From Macrostomum lignano (Eukaryota), in NCBI GenBank assembly GCA_002269645.1, contig NIVC01000953.1:1-64000 (forward strand): a stretch of DNA of 64,000 nt, in the 5' to 3' direction. Below the pieces are notes generated by a model that saw only the letters and a program-made list of their open reading frames with translations, searched no databases and had not been told where the DNA came from. Below, piece by piece: positions 1 to 13,473 of this stretch. Both the position numbers and the translations under genes were made by a program. Within the stretch, counting starts at the first letter, position 1. Every line of letters begins with the position of its first letter.

Positions 1-182
1 GTCAGTTTTGGCGCCATCTATCCCAGATGTCAGTTTTGGCGTCATCTATCCCAGATGTCAATTTTGGCGCCATCTATCCCAGATGTCAGTTTTGGCGCCA
101 TCTATCCCGGATGTCAGTTTTGTTGCGCATCTATCCAGATGTCAGTTTTGGCGCCATCTATCCCAGATGTCAGTTTTGGCGC
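1..182. repeat. 28-bp minisatellite (GTCAGTTTTGGCGCCATCTATCCCAGAT), continues off the window
   Basis: About 6 tandem copies visible. Confidence 0.9.
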
Positions 183-988
183 GGTCCATATGGAGATATC
201 TAGTGGTTAGGGCAAGTGCATCATTCCGTAAATATGACCAGCAAAATTTACTTGAGTTTGGTCTTCTAAAAACCTTTGATTTGGATATTGGGCCTCAGAT
301 GAGTAAAAACTAATAGCTTAGCTTCCCACTCCTGTCAAATTGTGAGCTCCAAGGTAACAAAAATTGGGCGGGGCAGCTAGGTCAAAAGTGGACTAACATG
401 AGACAAGCAAGGGAGAATCTAAAAAAGTATAAATAAGGTTTCATATTCTACATCCATAGTCGGCCTACATGTCATCGTTACTGAAATTTCCATGGGTGCA
501 TGTAACATAATTTAATACTATACTTGCATTACGTGTAGTATAATTAACGAAATGAAACGAAACGAAACGAAATGAAATGAAATTAAAGTCACAGAATAGG
601 CTAGAAAATCATTGAACAGATATACAAAGGTTTACATTTCCAATTAAAAGCTGTTTTTAAAAACTACTTAGTTAATAATTTTATCAATAAGTTTGTAGAA
701 CCTAAATAGTTTCAGTTTAATGTATCAAATTTTTATGTAGTTTTGTTTAACCAGTTATTTTGTTGTTAGTAAACAAATTTAACCTAGATAAAGTAACGTT
801 ATTATTATTTGAGTTAGATTCGAGAAATGGAATAAATTACGAACTTTAAGCAACCGTATCCGTATGTGCATCTTTATGTTCTTTGATTAAGGAATTTCAA
901 GCAAAACTATCGATGGCTTTATTCAAAGCTTTTTAAAGCTTTAATTTGACAATATATCTTATCATTATACCAAATCGACAAGTTTACA

Positions 989-3900
989 ATGCCAGTAAGA
1001 CGGGGACATGTTGCACCACAAAATACTTTTTTGGATACATTGATTCGAAAATTTGATGGACAGTGTAAGTTTTTAATGTTTAATGTTTCTACTGTAATGG
1101 TTTTTGTCTATGTCAAAAACTAAGATAGTAGTAAGCTCTTCTTTACACTGAGCTCTTCCCATTAAAATTGTGGAAAACTACAACCTTGCCAAGTTGTCAC
1201 ATAATAGTTAATATTGTATTGAGTCCTAAACCGAAAATGATTAAAACGTATGCATACAGGACACTGTATACAAATAAATGTTAATCAAAGACTAAAACTT
1301 GTAGTTAATGCAATACTTTTTAACTTCACACTTTTGATTATATATATATATATATGTGTCATTATTATAGTTATATTCATTTTTAAGGCAATAAAATTCA
1401 TACATTTATGCATAGAATGATTTTAGAAATAAAATTTTATTCACTGGATATTTTTGTTTTATTGCTTTTTAAACTTTGTTGCAGTTACTTTGTTTATTAA
1501 ATCATACTTTTAAAATATTTTGCATTTTAAAAACCATTTAAAAGAAACTAATTTATTGATTTTTAAGGATTAGGTTTGTTTGTGTTTTTGTTAAGGAAAG
1601 TTAATATAAAGGCTTTAATAGCTGTATTTTTAGCCTAATTCTAAACTAATTGCTTTGCCCATTCAAAAGCATACTATATCCAAGGATTAATAATAGTGAA
1701 AAAAAATGTTTTGTAAGATTATGCATATATATTTTTAAATTTTATTTAGTTTTGAGTATTATATCTAACTATTTTTAATTGGTTATTTAAAACAATTTCA
1801 TCATGTTTATGCCATAATAACAGATCGCAAATTCTGCATAGCTAATGCTCAAATTGAGCATAGACCAGTGATATTCTGCAATGATGGCTTCTGTGAACTC
1901 GTTGGCTACACAAGAGCTGACATCATGCAGCGCTCAGCTTGCATGGACTTCCTGCATGGCCCACTGACTAGCGTTCAGTCCATCACGGATCTGAGGGATG
2001 CCCTCAATGGGCGAGATGAGCGCCAGATTCAAATTCTATTTTACAAGAAAGATGGTGAGAGTTTGGGATGAATGGGCCTGTTCTATGATTTTGTTTGAGT
2101 ATGTCTCATAAGTTTTTGCACTAATATCTAACAGTTAATATACCACATCGAACAAGTTAGACACCAAGTCTAACAGGAACAACCATACATAATAGGTTAA
2201 AACCCATATCTAACAGATTAAATACCCATATATAACACATTAAAACCCATGCATAACAGGTTAAACACCCGTGTCTAACATATGACCCTCACTCTGTTCC
2301 TCTCTAACAGGCACCAGATTTCAGTCTAACACCATGGTGGCACCAGTTCGCAACGAATCCTCTGATGTCATGTTCTACATTCTCACCTTTCAAGTCGAAG
2401 GTCAGACCTCGTTTTTCGCCGGCACCGCGGCTCAGAGAAGAGGTTTGGCGCCAATTTGATTGATTAATTTGTTTTTCTGAGCTGTTTAGAAGGCCTCCAA
2501 TACAGTAAGTTTTTTAGTATTAAATCAGAAAACTTTTGATTCAACCTTGATTGGGAGCTGCAGTTGGCTGGCTACATTATGTACATGTAACAACCTGTTG
2601 CTGGCGCCCCTGGTTCTGGCGCCCCTGGTGCTGGCGCCCCTGGTGCTGGCGCCCCTGGTGCTGGCGCCCCTGGTGCTGGCGCCCCTGGTGCTGGCGCCCC
2701 TGGTGCTGGCGCCCCTGGTGCTGGCGCCCCTGGTGCTGGCGCCCCTGGTGCTGGCGCCCCTGGTGCTGGCGCCCCTGGTGCTGGCGCCCCTGGTGCTGGC
2801 GCCCCTGGTGCTGGCGCCCCTGGTGCTGGCGCCCCTGGTGCTGGCGCCCCTGGTGCTGGCGCCCCTGGTGCTGGCGCCCCTGGTGCTGGCGCCCCTGGTG
2901 CTGGCGCCCCTGGTGCTGGCGCCCCTGGTGCTGGCGCCCTGGTGCCCCTAAAGCCCCATGCAAGCAAATTTAACTAACTTTCATTTCAGTAGTTTCTTAA
3001 GCGTAAAATTTCCATTTTTGACTGGTACTACTTAAAATGCATATTGGCATGGCAATTTTTAGCATGATCCTGCTATATTTGTGATGCATGCAGTTCTAAT
3101 TAGAAGCTAATTTCATTAGTTTTTTGTTCGACCACGAGAGCCCATGACTGCTTGTTTCAATTTGTACTTCACAGAAAATCGAATTTATCAAATCAATTTA
3201 AAACCTTGAGGGACAATTTGTCCCGCCTCTGCGGGAAAGGAAATATTTAAAGGCTTAATTTAAAATAAATGATTACTAAGACACAAGATGGGGTGCAGAC
3301 AATCAGACAAAGGCATCGGGTTCGATTCCCACATTTCCCAGATTTTTGAAGTGTCACATTTTTACTAAACTTGCGCCAAAAAATCAAATTATATTTTTAA
3401 TATTCGACTTCTTTCGGCAAACTCGCATGCAGGCTCCAACCTCACTCTTGGCAGCTCGTCAATTGGTAAAGCTGCAGTGTTTCAAGTTGTCTGTTTTCTT
3501 GTGTCATGTTTTTAACTTGCAAATACAATTGTCTTGTAAATGGCTCTTTGAAAGAAGTCTGTATTAATTTTCTTAGACTTTGCGTGTCCTTGTCAAGACC
3601 TACATTAAGCTTCTACTTGTAATGAAGATTTCTTGTAAAAATGGTAGATTAAACTAAGCACACATACTGTCGTCAGAGCAACATATTAACATTCGACTGC
3701 ATGGAAAAGAGCCTATATGGTCTAAGTGATATTTTTTTATGAATTTGAAACACTTAAAACTACTCGAGTAAATATACAAAGTAGTCTATTTATAGTAGGC
3801 AAGCAGCGAATATTGCTAGAAAAATTTCAATAAGTCAACTAAATATGTTTTCTCTCGGGTATTTTCTTTATTTTTAAAGGCAGCCTCGGTCTTCGTGACA

Positions 3901-6900
3901 CCATCCGCGGCCTGTGGCGCGGTGCCCTGGTCGGGCTGCACCTTCGAAGAGATTCGCCAACAGGAGTTGATGACGATGGAGCCGGCGGCACCGGGTCGGC
4001 GCCTGGCGCCAGCGCAACCGGAGCCGGAATTGGCGGCAAGGACAAGCGAGGAGGCGGCGGCGGGGGCGGCGGGCTGTTGAATGCCGACCACTGCGGCGGC
4101 AGTCTGCTGTCGCTGAGTCCCAGCTTTGATGGCCTGGACCTGAGCTGCGCCAGCGCCAATCTGGCCGGCCAGCGTGAGTGCCGGGCAGATGAAGATGGAG
4201 CAGAAGAAGGAAGGGAGATGAAGGGAGAGGTGGGGAGATGAATGGAGAGGTGGGGAGATGAAGGGAGAGGTAGGGAGATGAAGGGAGAGGTAGGGAGATG
4301 AAGGGAGAGGTGGGGAGATGAAGGAGAGGTAGGGAGATGAATGGAGAGGTAGGGAGATGAAGGGAGAGGTGGGGAGATGAAGGGAGAGGTAGGGAGATGA
4401 ATGGAGAGGTAGGGAGATGAAGGGAGAGGTGGGGAGATGAAGGGAGAGGTAGGGAGATGAATGGAGAGGTAGGGAGATGAAGGGAGAGGTGGGGAGATGA
4501 AGGGAGAGGTAGGGAGATGAAGGGAGAGGTGGGGAGATGAATGGAGAGGTAGGGAGATGAAGGGAGAGGTGGGAGATGAAGGGAGAGGTAGGGAGATGAA
4601 GGGAGAGGTAGGGAGATGAAGGGAGAGGTGGGGAGATGAAGGGAGAGGTAGGGAGATGAATGGAGGGGTAGGGAGATGAAGGGAGAGGTGGGGAGATGAA
4701 GGGAGACGTAGGGTGATGAAGGGAGAGGTGGGGAGATGAAGGGAGAGGTGGGGAGATGAAGGGAGAGGAAGGAAAAGAGGGAAAGAGAGGAAAGGAGTGA
4801 GGGAGAGAGTGAGTTAAAGAAGACAGTGAGGGGAGGGAGAGAAAGGGAGAGGTAGGGAGAGGGAGGAAAGGAGAGTTAGGAAGAGAGAGAGCCTCGAAAG
4901 GAAGGGAGAGAGGAAGGGAGAGAGGGAGGGAGAGAGGGAGGGAGAGAAAGGGAGAGAGGGAGGGAGAGAGGGAGGGAGGGAGGGAGAGGAAGGGAGAGAG
5001 GGAGGGAGAGGAAGGGAGAGAGGGAGGGAGAGGAAGGGAGAGAGGGAGGGAGAGGGAGGGAGAGAGGGAGGGAGAGGGAGGGAGAGAGGGAGGGAGAGGA
5101 AGGTAGAGAGGGAGGGAGAGGAAGGGAGAGAGGGAGGGAGAGAAAGGGAGAGAGGGAGGGAGAGGAAGGGAGAGAGGGAGGGAGAGGAAGGGAGAGAGGG
5201 AGGGAGAGGAAGGGAGAGAGGAAGGGAGAGAGGGAGGAGAGGAAGGGAGAGAGGAAGGGAGAGAGGGAGGGAGAGGAAGGGAGAGAGGGAGGGAGAGGAA
5301 GGGAGAGAGGGAGGGAGAGGAAGGGAGAGAGGGAGGGAGAGGAAGGGAGAGAGGAAGGGAGAGAGGGAGGGAGAGGAAGGGAGAGAGGGAGGGAGAGGAA
5401 GGGAGAGAGGGAGGGAGAGGAAGGGAGAGAGGGAGGGAGAGGAAGGGAGAGATGGAGTGAGCTGCGGGAGATAAAACACAGGGGTTAAACGAGTTGCAAT
5501 GCTGAATAACGAGTTACAGTTATTCAGGAAAACTTGTGAACACTTGTTTGTGGAAAAAGATTTTCCCAGAGCAAGGCGCATTCCTCAGCAACAGCCGCAA
5601 CACCCCCCCCCCTGCCTCAATTCCAAACCGGTCCAGTTCGCAACGCGCAGCGCAACAACGATTCCGATTTCGACTTGAGCGACCCGCCCCCGTACGACTG
5701 GGAGTCTGGCAGCGTCCTGCTGGCGAAAGACGGCGACTCGCAGCAGCAGCCAGGGGTGTACTTTTCGCCCAGCGTTGTCTCCATGAAGCACAACGTGTCT
5801 GAGAAGGTGGCCCAGGTGAGCGCTGAGATCGGGGTGGGATGAGCATTAGTTTGTTGTTGGCGGTTGTGTGAAAATACAGTTCAATAGGTTTGTTTTTTAT
5901 GTTGAATCTGTATGATCTGAACTGATGGAGGGAGAGAGAGGGGCAGGGAGGGAGAGTGGGCAGGGAGGGAGAGAGAGGGGCATGGAGGGAGAGAGAGGGG
6001 CAGGGAGGGAGAGAGAGAGGCAGGGAGGGAGAGAGAGGGGCAGGGAGGGAGAGAGAGGGGCATGGAGGAGAGAGAGGGGCAGGGAGGGAGAGAGAGGGGA
6101 CAGAGGGAAGGAGAGAGAGGGGACAGAGGGAAGGAGAGAGAGGGACAGAGGGAAGGAGAGAGAGGGGACAGAGGGAAGGAGAGAGAGGGGACAGAGGGAA
6201 GGAGAGAGAGGGGACAGAGGGAAGGAGAGAGAGGGACAGAGGAAGGAGAGAGAGGGGACAGAGGGAAGGAGAGAGAGGGGACAGAGGGAAGGAGAGAGAG
6301 GGGACAGAGGGAAGGAGAGAGAGAAGACAGAGGGAAGGAGAGAGAGAAGACAGAGGGAAGGAGAGAGAGGGGACAGAGGGAAGGAGAGAGAGAGAGAACA
6401 GAGGAGCAACTAATTACCTGACAATATTTCAAGCATTTGCCTACAAAGAAGCCGTACATGCCTGAGCAAAATATGAATATCTAGCTAAGCAGTCTTGTAC
6501 GGATCGGTCCTCAAATCACAAATGGAAGAATTCTGCAAACTTTTTGCAGCTGCTGGCTCGCGCAGGCTGCATAGTAACCTCAGTTGAGAGAACCGCTTAC
6601 GAGGATGCCCAACTGGAGCGGCGGCGCAGGGGCGAAGTCTGAATCCAATTAATCAATTCTGTGTTTCAATATTTGTTTAAATAAAAATAGTCACAGAAAT
6701 TGGTCACCGAGTTTTTTCTTATTCACAAAAGTTTTCTTAGAAACAATGTCGATTTTTTATCGATTTTTATTGATTTTTTCAGCCGCAAGATGACGAATTG
6801 GCGGACGCAGAGTTGGTCAGCGTGTGGCCTGGGGGATTTTTTAGGCAGTTTGCAGTCTCGATCTGGTTTATCTTTCTTTAACGATAGAAACTTTGAAATA

Positions 6901-9900
6901 AAAAAGTTTTCTATTCTTTGGTTTGCGCACTAAAATATTGTCAGTTTGAATTCGTGCGAGAAAATCTAAAATAGGTTTAACAAATATTCATTTTCAATTT
7001 ATATTTTAAAATCCTTGCCGACAGGATGTTTTAATATGAATTATTTTAGGAAATTTCCTGCATGAATCATTTAGATTTGAAAAGAGAGTTAATTTTTTTA
7101 ATTCCTTGTTTTGTTTAAATCTATGAGTCTTGGAAAAAATTAAATAAGTTTCTGTTTTGAATGGCTTACAAAATTTTCAACAGTTTTCAATACTAAATTT
7201 ATTATTATTTTTTATTCTTTACGGTCACTTGAGAATGCTTCTATCAGATATCATTTCGTGGCGGTTTGTTTAATTAAGCCGATTTCTAAGAAATAAAATA
7301 CGCACAAATAGAAAAGTAGCAACCATTTTTGAACCTAAATTTCCAGATGCTGTCTCTCGGAGCGGACATTTTGCCAGAGTACAAACTGCAGTCGCCCAGG
7401 ATTCACAGGTGCACCATTCTGCACTACTCACCGTTCAAAGCTGTGTGGGACTGGCTGATCCTGATTCTGGTAATCTACACGGCCATCTTCACACCCTATG
7501 TGGCCGCCTTCCTGCTCAACGATGAAGAGAAAAGAAAAAAGGTTAGTCAGTTTTCTATTACTTTTTTAATTGCCTTTAATTAAGATTGTATTTTTCTTAT
7601 ATTTTTACTTGCAGTAGCCAAAAAGCATTTTTGTTTTAAAAAAGTTCACTGTTTTAATAGTACTTTTCTGACATTTCTACTTACAGTAGCTAAATTAGCG
7701 CTTGCTTTTATAATCGATTTTTCTTACGTTTCAGCTTAAATGCAGTGATAAGCAATTCTTGATGCATTTTCCTAAATTTGAAAGACTTCTTATATTTCTA
7801 CTAATAGTAGCTAAACTTTTATTTCTTAGACTTTTATTAATTATCAATAGCTAATAAAATAAAATTTATGAAATTCTTTTTCGCGCAGAAATACCAGCGC
7901 AATTTGGACTACACTGACCCACTGGCCGTCATTGACATCCTTGTTGACGTCATGTTCATCGTGGACATCCTGATCAACTTTCGCACCACCTACGTGAACA
8001 AAAATGACGAAGTAGTCTCGCATCCGGGTCGCATAGCCGTGCACTATTTCAAAGGCTGGTTCCTCATTGATGTAGTAGCGGCGATTCCCTTTGATCTGCT
8101 GCTCTGGGGCTCCGAGACTGACGAGGTGAGAAATTCGCTTTGCTTGATAATCTAATAAGCTTGATTATCATGAGACTTGAGCTTTGAGATTTCTTGAAGG
8201 GTGCGATTTCTTAGAAATTGTCCATTTCTCATTGAATGAGATTTCTTAGAAATTGTCCATTTCTCATTGAGTGAAACTTTTAGAAATTGTCCGTTTTTCA
8301 TTGGGTGAGATTTATTAGAAATTGTCCGTTTCTCATTGGGTGAGATTTCTTACAAATTGTCCATTTCTCATTGAGTGAGATTTCTTATAAACTGTCCATT
8401 TCTCATTAAGTGAGATTTCTTAGAAATTGTCCATTTCTCATTGAGTGAGATTTCTTAGAAATTGAGGTGAGAATTAATATTTAATTGCTTGTCCATTTCT
8501 CATTGAATGAGACTTCTTAGAAATTGTCCATTTCTCATAGAGTGAGATTTCTTAGAAATCGTATATTTCTGATAGGGTGAGATTTCTTAGAAATTGTCCA
8601 TTTCTCATATGCAGAGATTTCTTAGAAATCGTTCATTTCTCATCGGGTGAGATTTCTTAGAAATTGTCCATTTCTCATTGAGTGAGATTTTTTAGAAATT
8701 GTCCATTTCTCATTGAGTGAGATTTCTTAGAAATTGTCCATTTCTCATTGAGTGAGATTTCTTAGAAATTGTCCATTTCTCATTGAGTGAGATTTCTTAG
8801 AAATTGTCCATTTCTCATTGAGTGAGATTTCTTAGAAATTGTCCATTTCTCATTGAGTGAGATTTCTTAGAAATTGTCCATTTCTCATTGAGTGAGATTT
8901 CTTAGAAATTGTCCTTTTCTTATAGGATGAGATTTCTTAGAAATCATCCATTTCTCATAGGGTAAGATTGAATCCCGCACACACCCCGGCAGCCAACCAC
9001 TCTGATCGGGCTACTGAAAACCGCCCGACTGCTCCGCCTGGTCCGAGTCGCCAGAAAGCTGGACCGCTACTCAGAGTACGGAGCCGCTGTGCTGCTGCTG
9101 CTCATGGCGACCTTTGCCCTGATCGCTCATTGGCTGGCCTGCATCTGGTACGCCATCGGCAACATTGAAAGGCCCTCGTTGCAACAGAAAATCGGCTGGT
9201 TGGACCAGCTGGCTGACCAGGTGGGACTTTTTTGCGTGTTCATTGTTATTGATAGATTTTTTTATTTTACATTGTAAAAAGTAACGGTAAGCTACTTAAA
9301 GTAAAAAGTGTGAAATTTTTCTGATTAATTTCCAAAAAATGAATACTTAATTCGCTGTCTTATTCTTTCCCTGTCTTACCCTCTGTCTCACCCTCTGTCT
9401 GTCTCACCCTCTCTCTCACCTTCTGTCTGTCTCACCCTCCGTCTCACACTCTGTCTGTCTCAACCTCTGTCTGTCTCACCCACTGTCTGTCTTATCCTCT
9501 GTCTGTCTCACCCCCTGTCTGTCTCACCCTGTCTGTCTCACCCTCTGTCTGTCTCACCCTCTGTCTGTCTCACCCTCTGTCTGTCTCATCCTCTGTCTGT
9601 CTCACCCTCTGTCTGTCTCACCCTGTCTGTCTCACCCTGTCTGTCTCACCCTCTGTCTCATCCTCTGTCTGTCTCACCCTCTGTCTGTCTCACCCTCTGT
9701 CTGTCTCACCCTGTCTGTCTCACCCTGTCTGTCTCACCCTCTGTCTGTCTCACCCTCTGTCTGTCTCACCCTGTTTGTCTCACCCTGTCTGTCTCACCCT
9801 GTCTGTCTCACCCTCTGTCTGTCTCACCCTCTGTCTGTCTCACCCTGTCTGTCTCACCCTGTCTGTCTCACCCTGTCTGTCTCACCCTCTGTCTGTCTCA

Positions 9901-12900
9901 CCCTCTGTCTGTCTCACCCTCTGTCTGTCTCACCCTCTGTCTGTCTCACCCTCTGTCTGTCTCACCCTCTGTCTGTCTCACCCTCTGTCTGTCTCACCCT
10001 CTGTCTGTCTCACCCTCTGTCTGTCTCACCCTCTGTCTGTCTCACCCTGTCTGTCTCATCCTCTGTCTGTCTCACCCTCTGTCTGTCTCACCCTCTGTCT
10101 GTCTCACCCTCTGTCTGTCTCACCCTCTGTCTGTCTCACCCTCTGTCTGTCTCACCCTGTCTGTCTCATCCTCTGTCTGTCTCACCCTCTGTCTGTCTCA
10201 CCCTCTGTCTGTCTCACCCTGTCTGTCTCATCCTCTGTCTGTCTCACCCTCTGTCTGTCTCACCCTCTGTCTCTCAGCCAATCAAAGCCACCCCCACTCG
10301 AACCGCCCCGGCAGACTCACCAGCACTACAACCTGAGCGACACGAACTCCGGCCCCAGCCTCAAATCGAAGTACATCACGGCGCTGTACTTCACCTTCTC
10401 CAGCCTGACCTCCGTCGGCTTCGGCAACGTGTCGCCCAACACGAACATGGAGAAGGTGTTCAGCATCTGTGTGATGCTCATCGGCAGCCTGATGTACGCC
10501 AGCATCTTCGGCAACGTCTCCGCCATCATCCAGCGGCTGTACAGCGGCACCGCGCGCTACCACACCCAGATGCTGAGGGTGCGGGAGTTCATCCGCTTCC
10601 ACCAGATCCCCAACCCGCTGCGCCAGCGCCTGGAGGAGTACTTCCAGCACGCCTGGTCCTACACCAACGGCATCGACATGAACCTGGTGCTCAAGGGCTT
10701 CCCGGAGTGCCTGCAGGCCGACATCTGCCTTCACCTGAACCGCAACCTGCTGAAGAACTGCCCCGCCTTCAGGGAAGCCAGCCCCGGCTGTCTGCGGACT
10801 CTGTCGCTCAAGTTCAAGTCCACCCACGTGCCCCCCGGGGACATCCTGGTGCACAGGGGCGACATCCTCAATGCGCTGTACTTTGTGGCCAGGTGTGTGG
10901 CCTTGCTGACAGCCTCACTGACAGCCTTGCTGACACCATCACTGACACCCTCACTGACACCCTCACTGACAGCCTCACTGACAGCCTTACTGACACTCTC
11001 ACTGACATCCTCACTGACATTACTGACACCCTCACTGATCACCGACACCCTCACTGACACCCTCACTGACATTACTGACACCCTCACTGATCACCGACAC
11101 CCTCACTGACACCCTCACCGACACCCTCACTGACACCCTCACTGACACCCTCACTGACACCATCACTGACACCCTCACTGACACCCTCACTGACATCCTC
11201 ACTGACACCCTCACTGACACCCTCACTGACATCCTCACTGACACCCTCACTGACACCCTCACTGACATCCTCACTGACACCCTCACTGACACCCTCACTG
11301 ACACCCTCACTGACACCCTCACTGACACCCTCACTGACAATTCCCTGACACCCTCACTGACACACTCACTGACAATTCCCTGACACCCTCACTGACACCC
11401 TCACTGACACCCTCATTGACAATTCCCTGACACCCTCACTGACACCCTCACTGACACCCTCACTGACAATTCCCTGACACCCTCACTGACAATTCCCTGA
11501 CACCCTCACTGACACCCTCACTGACACCGCCTCATCCCTCTCGAACTTCACAGGGGCAGCATCGAGATCCTGAAGGATGACACGGTGCTCGCCATACTCG
11601 GCAAAGACGACGTATTCGGAGAGATGCCCTGCCAGTTCGAAACCGTGGGCAAGTCCAAGTGCAATGTCAGGGCGCTGACTTATTGCGATCTGCACAAAAT
11701 CCATCGCGACGACCTGTTGGAGACCTTCGATATGTACCCAGCGTTTGCGGACTATTTCAATAGGAATATGGAGATCACCTTCGACTTGAGGGACGAGGAG
11801 CTGTCCAGTGCCGTCACCGCTAGAGGTGAGGTCGCGATCAGGGGGGGGGGTCAGGGGTCATCCCAGCTTCAATGACTCCGCATTATTCTGTTTTGTAGCT
11901 TACATGTAAGTGTGTAAAATTGACCTCTGGCGCAATCTGGGGGCAAAGCTGACCTCCCTATGATCCCAGAGGGGGTCAACGGACCTCCCCAGGAACCCAG
12001 AGGGTCAACTGACCTCCTCACAACCCCAGAGAGTCAACTGACCTCTCCACGATCCCAGGGAGTCAACTGACTTCCACAGGAACCCAAGCAGTCAGCTGAC
12101 CCATAGGATCAAATGACCTCCCAGGACCCCAGAGGGTCAACTGACCTCCCTAGTTAACACAGGGGGTCAACTGACCTCCCTAGATAATACAGTGGGTCAA
12201 CTGACCTACCCAAAAATCCGGTGGCAACGTGACTCTATTGTACACTCGCACTACTTTACAAAGTGCAATGCAATTCCAACCGCAGGCTACACCCCGTCAA
12301 CAGCGGATCCAAACGAGAGAATCGGGCCTGAAGTTTTATCCCGAAGCAGTTCGAGGAAATCTCAACAACAGCAGCAGCAACTCCACGCCTCATTGAACCT
12401 CGGCTCTCGCAAACGACCTCTCGGTCCGTCCTACTCTTTGTCGGCCTCCTACAGAGGGGGCGCCGGCGGGGGCAGCGGCAGTGGGGGCGCCGGTCCGGCC
12501 CTCCGCAGTCTATGGCCAGACCCCCCTGAGCCAGCCGCCTCCTCAGCCGCAGCTGCCGCAGCTGCCATCGGCTGCAGTTCCGGCGCGGGCATTCTGGAGT
12601 TCTCTCCGGACAAAGCCGGACAGGATGTCACCCCGGCCAATCTGGACTTTGGTGGCGCCGGAGGAGGCGGAGGAGGCATCTCACAGAGGGCTGTCAGCAC
12701 CCTGCAGCAGGTGTTTGGCCAGATGCGTTCCGTCAGCCAGGTGAGTTGTCACAGGGTTCTTTGCGTGAATCCGCCCCCCAAAACCCGCTCTTTAAATCCG
12801 CCCCCCCAAAACCCGCTCTTTAAATCCGCCCCCCCAAAACCCGCTCTTTAAATCCGCCCCCCCCAAAACCCGCTCTTTAAATCCGCCCCCCCAAAACCCG

Positions 12901-13428
12901 CTCTTTAAATCCGCCCCCCCCAAAACCCGCTCTTTAAATCCGCCCCCCCAAAACCCCTTCTTTAAATCCGCCCCCCCAAAACCCGCTCTTTAAATCCGCC
13001 CCCCAAAACCCGCTCTTTAAATCCGCCCCCCAAAACCCGCTCTTTAAATCCGCCCCCCCCAAAACCCGCTCTTTAAATCCGCCCCCCCAAAACCCGCTCT
13101 TTAAATCCGCCCCCCCAAAACCCGCTCTTTAAATCCGCCCCCCCAAAACCCGCTCTTTAAATCCGCCCCCCCCCAAAACCCGCTCTTTAAATCCGCCCTC
13201 CCCCCCAAAACCCGCTCTTTAAATCCGCTGCCCCAAAACCCGCTCTTTGAATCCGCCCCCAAAACCCGCTCTCTAAATCCGCCCCTTCAGCACCAATCCG
13301 CTCACTAATCAATAGAAGCCCCGCAATTCCGCAGGCAAGCAGTCACAGTCAGGACACGCAGGCCACCACCATAGTAACGCCTGCCACCGTTCACCATCAA
13401 GCATCCGTGACCTCGTCTTATCTGCCGT

Positions 13429-13473
<45 letters not shown>

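Noticed and set aside
3318-3330. Isolated B-box GGGTTCGATTCCC in an erg intron
   Set aside because: No clear A box or cloverleaf; at most a SINE relic.
9775-10314. N-terminal part of the 444-aa ORF as coding
   Set aside because: It is the 16-bp minisatellite read in frame; the real exon starts at the acceptor ccccggcag|10315.
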